A stretch of 64,000 nucleotides of DNA, counting the filler, from Candidatus Hydrogenedentota bacterium (GTDB lineage: Bacteria > JBFMHD01), in the NCBI GenBank assembly GCA_040752395.1. It is 7 parts of 7 records of this genome, joined end to end, with 100 filler letters (N's around TTAATTAATTAA, not from the genome) between each part and the next. Parts side by side here need not be neighbours in the genome. Positions count along the whole stretch, not along the records: positions 47,982 to 57,363 come from JBFMHD010000108.1; positions 57,464 to 64,000 come from JBFMHD010000156.1; 5 more parts are not named here. The stretch is one strand, 5' to 3'. The first letter of the stretch is position 1. Each line of letters starts with the position of its first letter. The position numbers and the translations under genes are program-made. The notes under the pieces are model-generated. The model saw only the letters and a list, made by a program, of their open reading frames with translations, made no database searches and was not told the DNA's origin. Below are positions 48,294-58,776 of the stretch, one piece after another.

Positions 48294-48394
48294 TTAATAA
48301 ATGCCTTAAGCATTCACTTGAACCCTAAAAATGATGCTTTTAAAAAAGAGCTGGAAAAATTATTTAATTATGTTAATATATTATTATAATTCTT

Positions 48395-48910
48395 TCAAGT
48401 TAAATTTGATATTATATCCTGTAATTTATTAAAAAATATAACGTATTTTAAAATGGCTGATTCTTTTGTTTTTTGGTCTATGGAATATATTTTAAGCAGG
48501 TCATAAACAGGTCTCCAAAAATTATGAATAAAGATCTTTCGTGGCTTTTTAAACCCCTTATTAATGAATTCGCAGATAATTGATAATTCTGCAAGTGTTC
48601 CTGTACCACCGGGAAAGATTATATATACGCTACCCATATTAATAAGAGTATCTATTCGATCAAGTAGATTATCTTTTTCAATAATTTCATCTATATAGTT
48701 ATTAATACCTGATCTAAATTTCGAGAGAGTGATACCAATGGTTTTACCCTTGATCTCTTTTGCACCTTTACTCGATGCCTCCATAATACCACCATAACCA
48801 CCATTAACAATTGTATAACCACGTTTTGCAAGTTCAAATCCTGTTTCATAGGCTAAATTATCATAAATAGAATAAGATGAGTTACCAAAGATTGTAGCAT
48901 ATTTTTGCAT
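48395..48910 (-). CDS. LOG family nucleotide-binding protein
   Basis: NGGYGGIMEA, FPGGTGTLAE. Confidence 0.88.
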   Translation of the reverse strand: MQKYATIFGNSSYSIYDNLAYETGFELAKRGYTIVNGGYGGIMEASSKGAKEIKGKTIGITLSKFRSGINNYIDEIIEKDNLLDRIDTLINMGSVYIIFPGGTGTLAELSIICEFINKGFKKPRKIFIHNFWRPVYDLLKIYSIDQKTKESAILKYVIFFNKLQDIISNLT

Positions 48911-49005
48911 AAATGTTTATCAGTGACCACTCAATTAAAATATATTTTATGAATGTAGTCAATATTTCTATTTACAAAAAAGATTAAAGATACTAATGTA
49001 TATTT

Positions 49006-50670
49006 ATGAATAACAAGATATCGCTAAAGATTCTAAGAAGAAAACCTATAAAATTAGAACCCAATAAGACAGTTAAAGAGATATTTGCTTACACCAGGTT
49101 CAAGACCGACTTACCTATATTTGCAGCAAAGGTCAATAATCGTCTTGTCTCTCTTGATTATGTTGTCAAATTTGATTCATACATAGAGCCGCTTACATAT
49201 AATTCAAAAGAGGGCGCATCTATTTATAGAAGGAGTCTAACACATATTTTGGTCCAGGCAATAATCGAATTATATCCTGATGTAAGACCTGTTGTTGGAC
49301 AATCAATATTAAATGGTTATTATTACGATCTAAAAAATGGGCCTAAAATGACAAATAAAATCTTAAAAAACATCACTTCCAAAATGAAAAGTATTATAAA
49401 AGAAGACAGGGTTTTCAAATTTTCAAGGTTCCCTGTTGAATATGCCTGTAAATTTTTTGAAGAGAAAAATTACATAGATAAATCACGGCTTTTGAAATAT
49501 TATCCAAGAGAGAGGGTTGATGTATGTATATGTGGCGAATTTGTTGATATAGCAAATGGTCCCTATGTTCCATCAACAAAATATATAACCGCTTTTGAGC
49601 TTTATAAATATCCCCCTGGTTTTGTTTTACGTTTCCCAAAATCAAAAGACCCGTTTAACTTAGCTAAAATAAAAGGAAAAGAGAGAAAATTATTTAATAT
49701 CTACAAAGAGACGAGAGAGTGGAATGAGATACTTGGTTTAGAAAATATCTCTGATCTGAATAAAATAATTAATGAGGGCGATATCTTAGAAGAAATAATG
49801 ATAGCTGAGGGTCTGCATGAAAAAAAGATTGTAAAGATAGCAGATGAGATAACAAAAAGAAAAAATATAAGGCTTATCGTTATTGCCGGTCCATCAGCTT
49901 CAGGAAAAACAACGTTTGCTAAAAGATTAATAATCCAGCTTAAAGTGAACGGGCTGCGACCTGTACAAATATCTGTTGACGATTATTTTGTTGATAGAGA
50001 AAAGACGCCGCGAGATGAAAAAGGTGACTATGATTTCGAGTCGCTCGGTGCTGTTGATGTAAAATTACTTAATGAACATCTTCTGAAACTCTTTGAAGGG
50101 AGTAGCGTTTCTCTGCCTGAATTTAATTTTAAAAAGGGTAAACAAATGCTGGATGTAAAACCGCCTCTAAAAATTGACTCTGACCAGATAATCATTCTTG
50201 AAGGGATCCATGGTCTTAATGAAGCCCTGACACCACATATCCCTAAAAATATAAAATATAAAATCTATGTTAGCTCACTTACACAGCTCTGCCTTGATTA
50301 TAATAACCGCATCTTTACCTCAGATACACGGCTTTTACGAAGAATTGTTCGTGACGCACAGTTCCGCGGTTATACGGCAACAAGTACATTATCACGCTGG
50401 CAGTCTGTTCGACGCGGTGAGGCAAAAAATATTTTCCCGTTCCAGGAAGAATCTAATGTGATGTTTAATTCGGCTCTGATATATGAACAATGCGTTTTAA
50501 AATTATATGCCCAGCCACAGCTAAACAGGGTGAGACCTGCTGATCCAAATTATGCTGAGGCTCGAAGATTGTATGATTTTCTTGATTATTTTCTCCCTGT
50601 TTTCCCGGATGACGTACCCCAGACCTCTATATTACGTGAATTCATTGGCGGTTCAAAATTTGAATATTAA
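49006..50670 (+). CDS. Nucleoside (uridine) kinase with ThrRS-like N-terminal domain
   Basis: AAKVNN, IYRRSL, AGPSASGKTT, EGIHGLN, RRIVRD, SILREFIGGS. Confidence 0.88.
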   Translation: MNNKISLKILRRKPIKLEPNKTVKEIFAYTRFKTDLPIFAAKVNNRLVSLDYVVKFDSYIEPLTYNSKEGASIYRRSLTHILVQAIIELYPDVRPVVGQSILNGYYYDLKNGPKMTNKILKNITSKMKSIIKEDRVFKFSRFPVEYACKFFEEKNYIDKSRLLKYYPRERVDVCICGEFVDIANGPYVPSTKYITAFELYKYPPGFVLRFPKSKDPFNLAKIKGKERKLFNIYKETREWNEILGLENISDLNKIINEGDILEEIMIAEGLHEKKIVKIADEITKRKNIRLIVIAGPSASGKTTFAKRLIIQLKVNGLRPVQISVDDYFVDREKTPRDEKGDYDFESLGAVDVKLLNEHLLKLFEGSSVSLPEFNFKKGKQMLDVKPPLKIDSDQIIILEGIHGLNEALTPHIPKNIKYKIYVSSLTQLCLDYNNRIFTSDTRLLRRIVRDAQFRGYTATSTLSRWQSVRRGEAKNIFPFQEESNVMFNSALIYEQCVLKLYAQPQLNRVRPADPNYAEARRLYDFLDYFLPVFPDDVPQTSILREFIGGSKFEY

Positions 50671-51542
50671 ATAACCCCTTTCTCTTTTAATATTTTTTCT
50701 AATCTCTCTTTGTTTGACTGTGACATCTTTACAAGTGGTAACCTTAAATTATCCTCAATAAGCTCCATCATTGACATAGCTGTCTTCACAGGTATCGGGT
50801 TTGTTTCAAGAAACATAGCTTTTGAGATGTCAAACAGATATTCGTGTATCAAAAGAGCCTGTTCCCATTTGTCATCAAAAAAAGAATCTACAAGTTGAGC
50901 CACTTTAGAAGGCAAAATATTTGCTGTCACAGATACCACTCCCTTACCACCCACAGCAAGTATCGGTAAAGTAAGAGCATCATCACCAGAAAGAACTACA
51001 AAATCATCACGTGTTCTTAATATTATCTCTTCAATCTGCTGCATATTACCACTCGCTTCTTTAACACCCACGATGTTTCCTATCTTATTTAATTTTTCTA
51101 TCGTGGCTGGCTCTAAATTTACACCTGTTCTACCAGGAACATTATACAAAATAATAGGTAAATGAGTAGAATCAGAAATAGCTTTGAAATGTTGGTAGAG
51201 TCCCTCCTGCGTAGGTTTATTATAATATGGTGTAATAACAAGACAGGCTTCTGCACCGGCTTGCGTAGCAAAGCAAATAAGCTCGATTGATTCTTTGGTA
51301 TTATTAGACCCGCAGCCAGCAATAACAGGTATCCTGCCAGCGGAAGCATCAACAACAGTTTTAATAATATTTTTGTGTTCTTCATGAGAGAGTGTTGCGC
51401 TCTCGCCTGTGGTTCCGCAGGGTAATATCCAATCGCTGCCTTTCTCTATATGAAACTCTACAAGTTCTTTTATTTTTTTGTAGTCAACGCTACCATCATT
51501 TTTAAAAGGCGTCACTAAAGCAACAACGCTACCGTATATCAT
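50667..51542 (-). CDS. dapA: 4-hydroxy-tetrahydrodipicolinate synthase
   Basis: GTTGES, PYYNKP, YNVPGRT, KEASG, NPIPVK; start moved to ATG 51542. Confidence 0.96.
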   Translation of the reverse strand: MIYGSVVALVTPFKNDGSVDYKKIKELVEFHIEKGSDWILPCGTTGESATLSHEEHKNIIKTVVDASAGRIPVIAGCGSNNTKESIELICFATQAGAEACLVITPYYNKPTQEGLYQHFKAISDSTHLPIILYNVPGRTGVNLEPATIEKLNKIGNIVGVKEASGNMQQIEEIILRTRDDFVVLSGDDALTLPILAVGGKGVVSVTANILPSKVAQLVDSFFDDKWEQALLIHEYLFDISKAMFLETNPIPVKTAMSMMELIEDNLRLPLVKMSQSNKERLEKILKEKGVI

Positions 51543-52033
51543 AGTAGATTCCTGTTGGTTCTTAAATTCAGTCCGCAGCAAATGGCTATAACCAGAGCAT
51601 CAGCTGCATCATCATATCCGGGTATTTTATCAATGTTCGTAATCTTTGTCAATGCCCGTTGTATCTGAATTTTATCGGCTCGACCATACCCAAGTACTGA
51701 TTTTTTCACTTCAAGCGGTGTATATTCTTTAACAGTTAGACCTTTTCTCGCACACGCTAATTTTATTACACCAAGCGATTGTGCAACCTCTATAGCGGTT
51801 TTAGTGTTTTTAGAAAATAATATTTTTTCTACACCCGCATAATCAGGTTTAAAATGTGTTATCAAGCTATCAACCTCATCATAAATCCGTGATAATCTTA
51901 ATGAAAAATTATCATTTTTTTCAGTTTTTATCACACCATAAGAAATAACAGCTATTTTATTAATTTTTGAATTAAGAGATATTACCCCATAACCAGACGT
52001 CGCAATTCCAGGATCAAACCCCACAACAATCAT
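51539..52033 (-). CDS. ruvC: Holliday junction resolvase
   Basis: GFDPG, EYTP..VK, GYGRADK, DDAADAL. Confidence 0.95.
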   Translation of the reverse strand: MIVVGFDPGIATSGYGVISLNSKINKIAVISYGVIKTEKNDNFSLRLSRIYDEVDSLITHFKPDYAGVEKILFSKNTKTAIEVAQSLGVIKLACARKGLTVKEYTPLEVKKSVLGYGRADKIQIQRALTKITNIDKIPGYDDAADALVIAICCGLNLRTNRNLL

Positions 52034-52061
52034 TATAAATTGGTCCTTGTTCTTTTTTCTT

Positions 52062-52148
52062 ACATCTTGCTTCTTGCTTCTTGATATCCCCTCAGTCTAC
52101 TACGGGTCTTGTGACCCTCACTACTCTGTGTCTCTTTCGTTATCTTAT
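52062..52148 (-). repeat. CAAGAAG module interrupted by a GTAG-REP-like hairpin
   Basis: Minus strand AAGATAACGAAAGA [..GTAGTGAGGGTCACAAGACCC..] CAAGAAGCAAGAAGCAAGAT; compare the uninterrupted 47730-47768. Confidence 0.7.
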
Positions 52149-52163
52149 AATTAAGCAGTTACA

Positions 52164-52913
52164 TCATAAATTGGCTTTTTGTAATATCTGCTCCGGGATA
52201 TCCATATTGGTAGTAACCTTATTAATGTCATCGAGTTCTTCAAGCGCTTCTATTAATCTCATATTTTTTTCTGCTGTCCCTATATCAATCTCAGTATAAT
52301 TATCCGGAACGAGGTTAACATCAGCTTCTTTAATTTCAAATTTAAAATCTTGTAAACCTTTTTTTACTTTTTCAAAATCTTCAAATTCAGTTTTTATAAT
52401 AATTTCATCCTCATCGACCTCAAAATCAGAGGCTCCACTATTAATAGCAACATCAAGTATCTCTTCTTCTTTGTCAGATTTTTTAATAATAATAACACCC
52501 CTGCGTTTAAAATTCCATGCCACAGCACCGCGTTCAGCCAGACGCCCATTATGTTTGCTGAATATATTTCTTACCTCAGAGGTTATCCTGTTTTTATTAT
52601 CAGTAACAGCTTCAACTACGATAGCTATGCCTCCAGGGCCATATCCTTCATAAATAATATCTTCATAGTTCACACCTGGTAACTCACCTGTACCCCGGGC
52701 AATAGCCTTTTTAATGTTATCCATCGGCATATTAGCTTCTCTGGCTTTAGTAACCACGAGTCTGAGTCTCGCATTTGAATTTATATCACCGCTCCCACCT
52801 GTTTTAGCAGCTATTGTTATTTCTTTGGCAAGTTTAGAAAATAATTTTCCCTTTTTAGCATCCTGGTTCTCTTTTTGTCTTTTAATCTTACTCCATTTGG
52901 AATGTCCTGACAC
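52164..52913 (-). CDS. yebC: YebC/PmpR family protein
   Basis: MSGHSKW, YEGYGPGG, TDNKNR; upstream of ruvC. Confidence 0.95.
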   Translation of the reverse strand: MSGHSKWSKIKRQKENQDAKKGKLFSKLAKEITIAAKTGGSGDINSNARLRLVVTKAREANMPMDNIKKAIARGTGELPGVNYEDIIYEGYGPGGIAIVVEAVTDNKNRITSEVRNIFSKHNGRLAERGAVAWNFKRRGVIIIKKSDKEEEILDVAINSGASDFEVDEDEIIIKTEFEDFEKVKKGLQDFKFEIKEADVNLVPDNYTEIDIGTAEKNMRLIEALEELDDINKVTTNMDIPEQILQKANL

Positions 52914-52925
52914 AGTGTAAATCTA

Positions 52926-53406
52926 CTCCTCTGAAAAACATTGTAATTATAATAATATCAAGTAGAAGCAAGAAGCAAGATAACGGAAGAAGTGAGAGGT
53001 ATCAGGACAGGCTACAGGCTACGGACTACAGCCGACTGGAGCCCAAAGCCCAAAGCCTGCTGAAAAGTCTTGAGTCTTGAGTCTTGAGTCTCGAGTCCTG
53101 TTTTGACTCACGACTTGCGACTCATGACTCTTTTCATATCATCTTTAGTTTTTCATGCTTTGTGTAGAGCGCAAAAACGCAATAACCCAATAACCCAATA
53201 GTGTAGAGCGCAACCCGCGCTCATGGGTACTCCTTCGAAAAAGTTCGGAGCTCGGAGTTCGGAGCTCGGAGTTCGGAGCTCGGATCTATTATTACAAACT
53301 CCTAACTTCTAACTCCTATGACAAGTTAAAAGTAAAAAGTCAAAAGTTAAAAGTAAAGAAAGCGAAAATATACACTTCCTTGCCGTATCTTTCAATCTTT
53401 GAATCC
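52926..53406 (-). repeat. Full-length modular element plus three upstream modules
   Basis: 52926-53243 standard series with the core at both ends; 53244-53317 GGAGTTC/AACTCCT hairpin; AAAAGTT array; ATCTTTCA module. Confidence 0.93.
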
Positions 53407-53417
53407 CTGGACTGACT

Positions 53418-53795
53418 TCAGTCAGCGGATTGAAGAATTTCAATTTCTTGAAGACTCATCTGTAATTTGGTAGCTACCTCTTCATCGGAAACACCCTTTT
53501 CTTTGAGATTTCTTATTACAGTTTTTAATTTATCTCTGTCAAGAAGAACCCTTGTTTTTTTCTCTGTCTCTCTGGAACTATTTATTATCGCTTTAAGTTC
53601 TTCTTTTGCTTGCTCAAGATCACTTATATACAATTCTGCGACTCTGTTAAATTCGCTTATAAGTAGATTAATGTTTTCTCTCTCTCTCTTAAAACTATCC
53701 TCATATTTGATAATTTTTTTTATAATGAGTATATAAAAGATAAGAACTACAATACTATTCAATACTACAAATAATCCGATTACACCATAAATCAT
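53418..53795 (-). CDS. Membrane-anchored coiled-coil protein with C-terminal HTH-like segment (DUF2802-like)
   Basis: N-terminal TM; GVSDEEVATKLQMSLQEIEIL; follows fapA. Confidence 0.55.
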   Translation of the reverse strand: MIYGVIGLFVVLNSIVVLIFYILIIKKIIKYEDSFKRERENINLLISEFNRVAELYISDLEQAKEELKAIINSSRETEKKTRVLLDRDKLKTVIRNLKEKGVSDEEVATKLQMSLQEIEILQSAD

Positions 53796-55450
53796 TGCAA
53801 ATCTTTTTTATCAATCCTTGGTTCATCATAGGTTCGGGTCTTGATTTCTCCTGCTTCTTCAAAGAACGTCGAATAAGTAAATTTCTTTGTTGTAAACATA
53901 GTTATATTTCGTATTGTTATCTTAACTCCTGGATACGCATCACCCGAGATACAGATTTTAGAAGGGATCCTTGTTTTTAACGTTTCGTGGAGCTCATCAA
54001 ATCTCGCGATTAAATCAGATACTTTCTTCTTCAAGCCCTCCCTTATACCCGCAAGCTGAATAAGAAGCTTTTCTTTATCTGGCGGTAATTGCTGTTTTGC
54101 TTTTTTCAATTTAAGAAGAGTGGTCAGTCCCTGTTCAACCTGTTCGAGGTTCTTTTTATCTTTAGCTAAATCCTCTTCAACCTTATTTAATTCTTCCCGC
54201 ATAGCCGGTCTGACACCAACCTCTACATTTGTTTTGGTTGACATCTCTGAACCTATTGTCCTCGCATTGATCTCTTTGTATGCAATAACATTCCCCCCAA
54301 CTATAAGAGCCTTTTTTCCATAAAGTATGACCCTCTCACCCGCCTCAACGTTTGAATGCATAATAGCTTCACTCACTAATATATCGCCAGTTGCTTTGAC
54401 ATTTGCTTCCTGAATATACTTTGCCCGTACATTACCACCTGCTTTAATAATTGCTTCATTGTGGCCCACTATCCCCTGATTAACTATAATATCACCCTCA
54501 GCTTCAAGAATAGCCTTCCCAACAGTCTGTTTTACCTCTATGTTGCCTTCTGCTCTTACTTTGTAACCATCTTGTACCGCGCCATGCACAATTACGTTCC
54601 CTACAAAATTTATGTTCCCCGTTGCTGTACTCACATCACCCTTAACATTGTAATCGTTATCTACATTAATTTTCCCAGCAACTATAGAAACCATGCCGTT
54701 AATAGTAGAATAAAGTTCCAACCCATTATCTGAAACCTTTGTATTTTTTCCTGCGGGGATTGGTAAATCTCTGCCTGGTCTTGGTGGTATATGTTTATTT
54801 TCCACTGTGATTCCTGGTTCACCTTGTTTGGCTGGTATCTTAACAGCTAAAAGCTGTTGCTCCACAACATTCTCAATCAGGTTCATTTCTTTAAGATCAA
54901 CAGCTCCTGTATCTTCATTTACTTTAAATTTTGGTTTTTCTTTATTTATATCTACTTTATATTCTATTCTTGAATCCTCACCATTTTTTACTGGTATACC
55001 CTCAGCTACAAGAATAACCTCTTCATAACGTCTTTGTTCAGCTATCTCATCGAGCACATTTTCTTTAACACCAAATATTACATTAGCGTCAGTCAGAGCC
55101 TTTTTTAACATCTCTTTTGTTATATGAGCACCTCCGGGTGCTGGCGGTAAAACTTTAACTATTGCGTTCAGTCCCTCTCTGGTAATATCAACCTGTATTT
55201 CAGCATCTTTGGGGAAATGTTTCCCTATGATAATTTCCTGGCCTGAATGCTCAGAAACCGCCCTTTTTAATAAATCTTTATCATAATTTTTAATCTCCCT
55301 GTTTCTTAAGTCTTCAACAACAGTCTGATATCTCACACGCTCGCCTCGTCCCTGAGGCGCAAAAATACTTATAAATACGTTATTTTCTCTTACCTCTATC
55401 TTATAATATCCATTTACATCCGGTGATTTTTCTTTATCCTGTTCTGGCAT
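53792..55450 (-). CDS. fapA: FapA (DUF342) flagellar assembly protein
   Basis: GKNT, VKGDVSTATGNINFVGNV, IVGG, YPGVKI; follows fliA; ATG 55450 has AGGGG upstream. Confidence 0.82.
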   Translation of the reverse strand: MPEQDKEKSPDVNGYYKIEVRENNVFISIFAPQGRGERVRYQTVVEDLRNREIKNYDKDLLKRAVSEHSGQEIIIGKHFPKDAEIQVDITREGLNAIVKVLPPAPGGAHITKEMLKKALTDANVIFGVKENVLDEIAEQRRYEEVILVAEGIPVKNGEDSRIEYKVDINKEKPKFKVNEDTGAVDLKEMNLIENVVEQQLLAVKIPAKQGEPGITVENKHIPPRPGRDLPIPAGKNTKVSDNGLELYSTINGMVSIVAGKINVDNDYNVKGDVSTATGNINFVGNVIVHGAVQDGYKVRAEGNIEVKQTVGKAILEAEGDIIVNQGIVGHNEAIIKAGGNVRAKYIQEANVKATGDILVSEAIMHSNVEAGERVILYGKKALIVGGNVIAYKEINARTIGSEMSTKTNVEVGVRPAMREELNKVEEDLAKDKKNLEQVEQGLTTLLKLKKAKQQLPPDKEKLLIQLAGIREGLKKKVSDLIARFDELHETLKTRIPSKICISGDAYPGVKITIRNITMFTTKKFTYSTFFEEAGEIKTRTYDEPRIDKKDLQ

Positions 55451-55475
55451 AAAAACCCCTTTATTGCCCAATCTC

Positions 55476-56258
55476 TCAAACAAACATCTTTATATTTCTT
55501 TTTAGTTTACCCCGGAGTCGCAGCACTGCTTTAGTATGTAACTGCGATACTCTGCTTTCTGTAACATTTAAAACAGCACCTATCTCCTTTAGTGTTAATT
55601 CTTCGTAATAATATAGAGTAATAACCATTCTTTCTCTCTCTGGTAACTCTTTAATGGCATCAATAAGTATACGTTTGATTTCTTCTTTTTCAATGTGATA
55701 TTCGGGTCTTGTTTTATCCGGTCCTTCAATAGTGTCAGCCAGGGTTATGTCATCACTATCGTTACCAGAATACCACACATCCTCAAAAGACATCAAAGTA
55801 GTACCACTGACTTCCTGGATAATCTTTACAACATCTTCCTCATTAACTCCGAGTTCATAAGCGAGTTCTTTATCAGTTGCCGGTCTCCCGTGTCTGAGTT
55901 CAAAATCAGCTAACGCCTGCTCAACCTGGCGTGCTTTAGTTCGAGTGGAGCGTGGTACCCAATCGAGTGCACGTAGTTCGTCGATGATTGCCCCTCTAAT
56001 TCTGCTCGCAGCATAGGTTTTAAATTTTATATCGCGGTCCGGGTCAAATTTATCTATTGCATCAATCAAACCGAATATACCATAACTCACAAGATCATCG
56101 AACTCGACGTTAGGTGGCATACATATAGCGAGCCTACCAGCTACATATTTTACAAGCGGTGCGTATTTTAAAACAAGTTTTTCCCTTATCTGTAAATCAC
56201 TTGTTCTTCTAAATTTTTCCCAGAGTTCATCTATTTCTTTTTCTTCTTCAATCTCCAT
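55476..56258 (-). CDS. fliA: Flagellar sigma-28 factor (FliA/WhiG)
   Basis: DDLVSYGIFGL, RIRGAIIDELRALDWVPRS, LTLKEIG..L.VTESRVSQ. Confidence 0.95.
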   Translation of the reverse strand: MEIEEEKEIDELWEKFRRTSDLQIREKLVLKYAPLVKYVAGRLAICMPPNVEFDDLVSYGIFGLIDAIDKFDPDRDIKFKTYAASRIRGAIIDELRALDWVPRSTRTKARQVEQALADFELRHGRPATDKELAYELGVNEEDVVKIIQEVSGTTLMSFEDVWYSGNDSDDITLADTIEGPDKTRPEYHIEKEEIKRILIDAIKELPERERMVITLYYYEELTLKEIGAVLNVTESRVSQLHTKAVLRLRGKLKRNIKMFV

Positions 56259-56291
56259 ACTGCAAAACCACCCTCGCTCTTTATCAACTGA

Positions 56292-57287
56292 TCAAATTCT
56301 AAAAATAATTAAAATAATAATCAATAAAATAAAAACCACAGCAGCAATAATAACCACCACTCTAACATTTAATTCCTTTTTTTTCTTAACCGTTTCTTGT
56401 GGTGATATTTCTTTTTTGGGGAGCTCATCAGCTATAACCTTTACCATTATACGCTGGTTAGCTTTTCCAATACCGTAAACCCCGGGTCCGAATTTAACAA
56501 TAACTTTTGCAAAATCAGGGTCAATTAGATCAACACTATAAACAGTGCCGTAAATTTTATCGTTTACTACCTCCTCATCTTTCTTTATCAAATTAACTAA
56601 ATATTTAGCAAACTCTCTTTCATCATTTAAGACAACCGCCACTTTGGTTCCAACTTTAAGGTCTTTTAATGCTATACCCTTAACTGGCGATAGAATAAAT
56701 TTTATATTAAAATATACTTCTTCAGAAACCTTTTCTTGTGTCTCCCCGTAAATCTCTTTAATAACTTCTGCATCGGTCTTAGTTTCAGTTTCAGGAGTGG
56801 TTCGGGTTTTGAGGAATTCTTCCTCAGTGAAACTGTCCATTCGGCTCTGTATCACAACATCGCTCTGTCCAATCTCTTTGGTTAAAACCCCTTCTAAATA
56901 TTTACATATAGAGTTTTCATCCCGATTATCTAAAAATATAATAATTTCAGACTCGCTATTCTTGAAATCATCTTGTAAAATATTTGTAATATTCTGTGAG
57001 ATTGTTAAAGCCAAACGACCAGCCATCTTTTCAGTAATAATAAAATCTTCAAAAATATGCCAATCCTTGTTAATATTTATATCCCTTAGCCTCTTATCGC
57101 CACCTATACCCAATGTAAATCGCTTCACTTTTTTTGCTTCTTTATTATATATAATAACTCCGCCACCATATAATGCTGCTCCATCTGATACTGCTTTAAA
57201 TTTAAGTACATAATATTTTTCTTTATATTCAGTAGTTTCAGGGGTACCAGTCTCAATACTACTGGTTATTCTCTCCTCTTGTTCCAT
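56292..57287 (-). CDS. Hypothetical protein with C-terminal TM anchor
   Basis: 331-aa ORF with GGAGG SD; ILSPVKGIALKDLKVG segment recalls DUF4899-like proteins (weak). Confidence 0.55.
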   Translation of the reverse strand: MEQEERITSSIETGTPETTEYKEKYYVLKFKAVSDGAALYGGGVIIYNKEAKKVKRFTLGIGGDKRLRDININKDWHIFEDFIITEKMAGRLALTISQNITNILQDDFKNSESEIIIFLDNRDENSICKYLEGVLTKEIGQSDVVIQSRMDSFTEEEFLKTRTTPETETKTDAEVIKEIYGETQEKVSEEVYFNIKFILSPVKGIALKDLKVGTKVAVVLNDEREFAKYLVNLIKKDEEVVNDKIYGTVYSVDLIDPDFAKVIVKFGPGVYGIGKANQRIMVKVIADELPKKEISPQETVKKKKELNVRVVVIIAAVVFILLIIILIIFRI

Positions 57288-57363
57288 ACATCCTCCCTTA
57301 ACTTACTTCTTACAAAATCAACCATTTTTGAAATATCGTGCTTCATATTTATACTATTTTCTC

Positions 57364-57463
57364 NNNNNNNNNNNNNNNNNNNNNNNNNNNNNNNNNNNNN
57401 NNNNNNNTTAATTAATTAANNNNNNNNNNNNNNNNNNNNNNNNNNNNNNNNNNNNNNNNNNNN
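57364..57463. other. Artificial contig linker
   Basis: N-TTAATTAATTAA-N. Confidence 0.99.
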
Positions 57464-57533
57464 GGTAGACGCAACGGACTTAAAATCCGTCGGGGTCTTG
57501 TGCCCTGTGCCGGTTCAATTCCGGCCTCCGGCA
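57464..57533 (+). tRNA. tRNA-Leu(TAA), 5'-truncated
   Basis: GGTAGACGCA, anticodon arm ACGGA-CTTAAAA-TCCGT, long variable arm, T arm GCCGG-TTCAATT-CCGGC; CCA not encoded. Confidence 0.92.
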
Positions 57534-57639
57534 GCTGATTAAACCACCAAGGAATTGAACGGACATTTTGCGCCGAGCGGATAGTCAATTCCAGCTGTAG
57601 TCTTGAAAGATTGAAAGATTAGATTTCGTAAAGCCGGAT

Positions 57640-58689
57640 TTATCCACCCATTTTACTGATAAATATTCTTAAAGCGTTTTCTACTTCAGCGACAGTTATA
57701 CTTTTAATACATTGCGGGTCTTTGCAGAAAGTATTCAGGCAAGGATTAATATCACCTTTTTTTCTATCAAGATAAGGACAATTATAGTACCCACTGATGC
57801 CTACAGAATCTTTATCGAGCTCAACCACATCTGGGCAAGTTGGGCCGAACAAACCAATTACAGGGGTGTTAACTGCTCTTGATATATGTAAGGGTCCTGT
57901 ATCATTCGTTATCAGGAGATCAAGTTGTTTTATAAATGCTACAGTTTCTCTTAAATCAATATTCTCAATTAAAGTAATGTCAGGAAATAGCCCTTTACAA
58001 CTAATTACAAATTCTTTTGATTCACGTGGGCCTAAAAGAAGATAAAATTCTATTTCAGGTGATTCAAACTTATCTACAATATTTCTAAAATAAAAAAGAG
58101 GCCACATTTTTGCATGCCAGCCTGCTCCTGGAAAAATCCCTATTTTTAATCTCTTATCTGAAACATCGCTGAATAATCTTTTAACTCTCTGAATCTCTTC
58201 TTCCCGTAAATAAATACGCGGGTATAAATTTCTACTTTTAATATTCAGTGTTTTTAGAAATTCATTTATCTTGGACGATAAATGCGGGGAAAGATTATGA
58301 AGGAATACAAATTTGTCATATATTATATTTCGCAAATGCTTTTTTTTATAAAGGCCAATTTTAAGTTTTGCTTTAGATAGAAGAGATAAAAAAGCTGAAC
58401 GTGTATTACCTATTAAGTCTATACAATAATCATATTTACAAAAAAGAAGTTCTTTATAGAAAGTAAACAAAGAAAATCTATTTAATATTTTTTCGTAAAT
58501 ATATTCTTTTTTAGGTAATATATGAATTTTATCGATATATGGATTATACTGCAATATAGGATACGAATAAGGTTTTGTAATAACGGTTAAATGGGTATCC
58601 TTGAAGCTGGATTTAATTTCTTCAAAAAGAGGTGTCGAAGAGATAACATCCCCAATAAGTCCCCAGTTGATGATGAGAAATTTATCCAT
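57640..58689 (-). CDS. GT9 (LPS heptosyltransferase-like)
   Basis: IGDVI, PGAG...KMWP, NDTGPLH, LFGPT. Confidence 0.9.
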   Translation of the reverse strand: MDKFLIINWGLIGDVISSTPLFEEIKSSFKDTHLTVITKPYSYPILQYNPYIDKIHILPKKEYIYEKILNRFSLFTFYKELLFCKYDYCIDLIGNTRSAFLSLLSKAKLKIGLYKKKHLRNIIYDKFVFLHNLSPHLSSKINEFLKTLNIKSRNLYPRIYLREEEIQRVKRLFSDVSDKRLKIGIFPGAGWHAKMWPLFYFRNIVDKFESPEIEFYLLLGPRESKEFVISCKGLFPDITLIENIDLRETVAFIKQLDLLITNDTGPLHISRAVNTPVIGLFGPTCPDVVELDKDSVGISGYYNCPYLDRKKGDINPCLNTFCKDPQCIKSITVAEVENALRIFISKMGG

Positions 58690-58776
58690 AATAATTTTAT
58701 ATTAAACATAAAGTGTTTAATTGACAAGTATTAATATTTTATAGATTATTAATATTTAATACAAAGGAAGACTTTT

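Noticed and set aside
48113-48389. ORFs 48113-48328, 48132-48389 and 29114-29494
   Set aside because: Translations of repeat DNA or antisense shadows; only the last 30 codons of 48132-48389 might be a gene remnant, with too little evidence.
9565-57463. Recurring TTAATTAATTAA palindrome within N-runs every 9.5 kb
   Set aside because: Artificial six-frame-stop linker; gene adjacency across linkers has no biological meaning.
57491-57505. Similarity of the tRNA-Leu variable arm to the hairpin at 52103-52117
   Set aside because: Only about 14 nt with a mismatch; likely chance.
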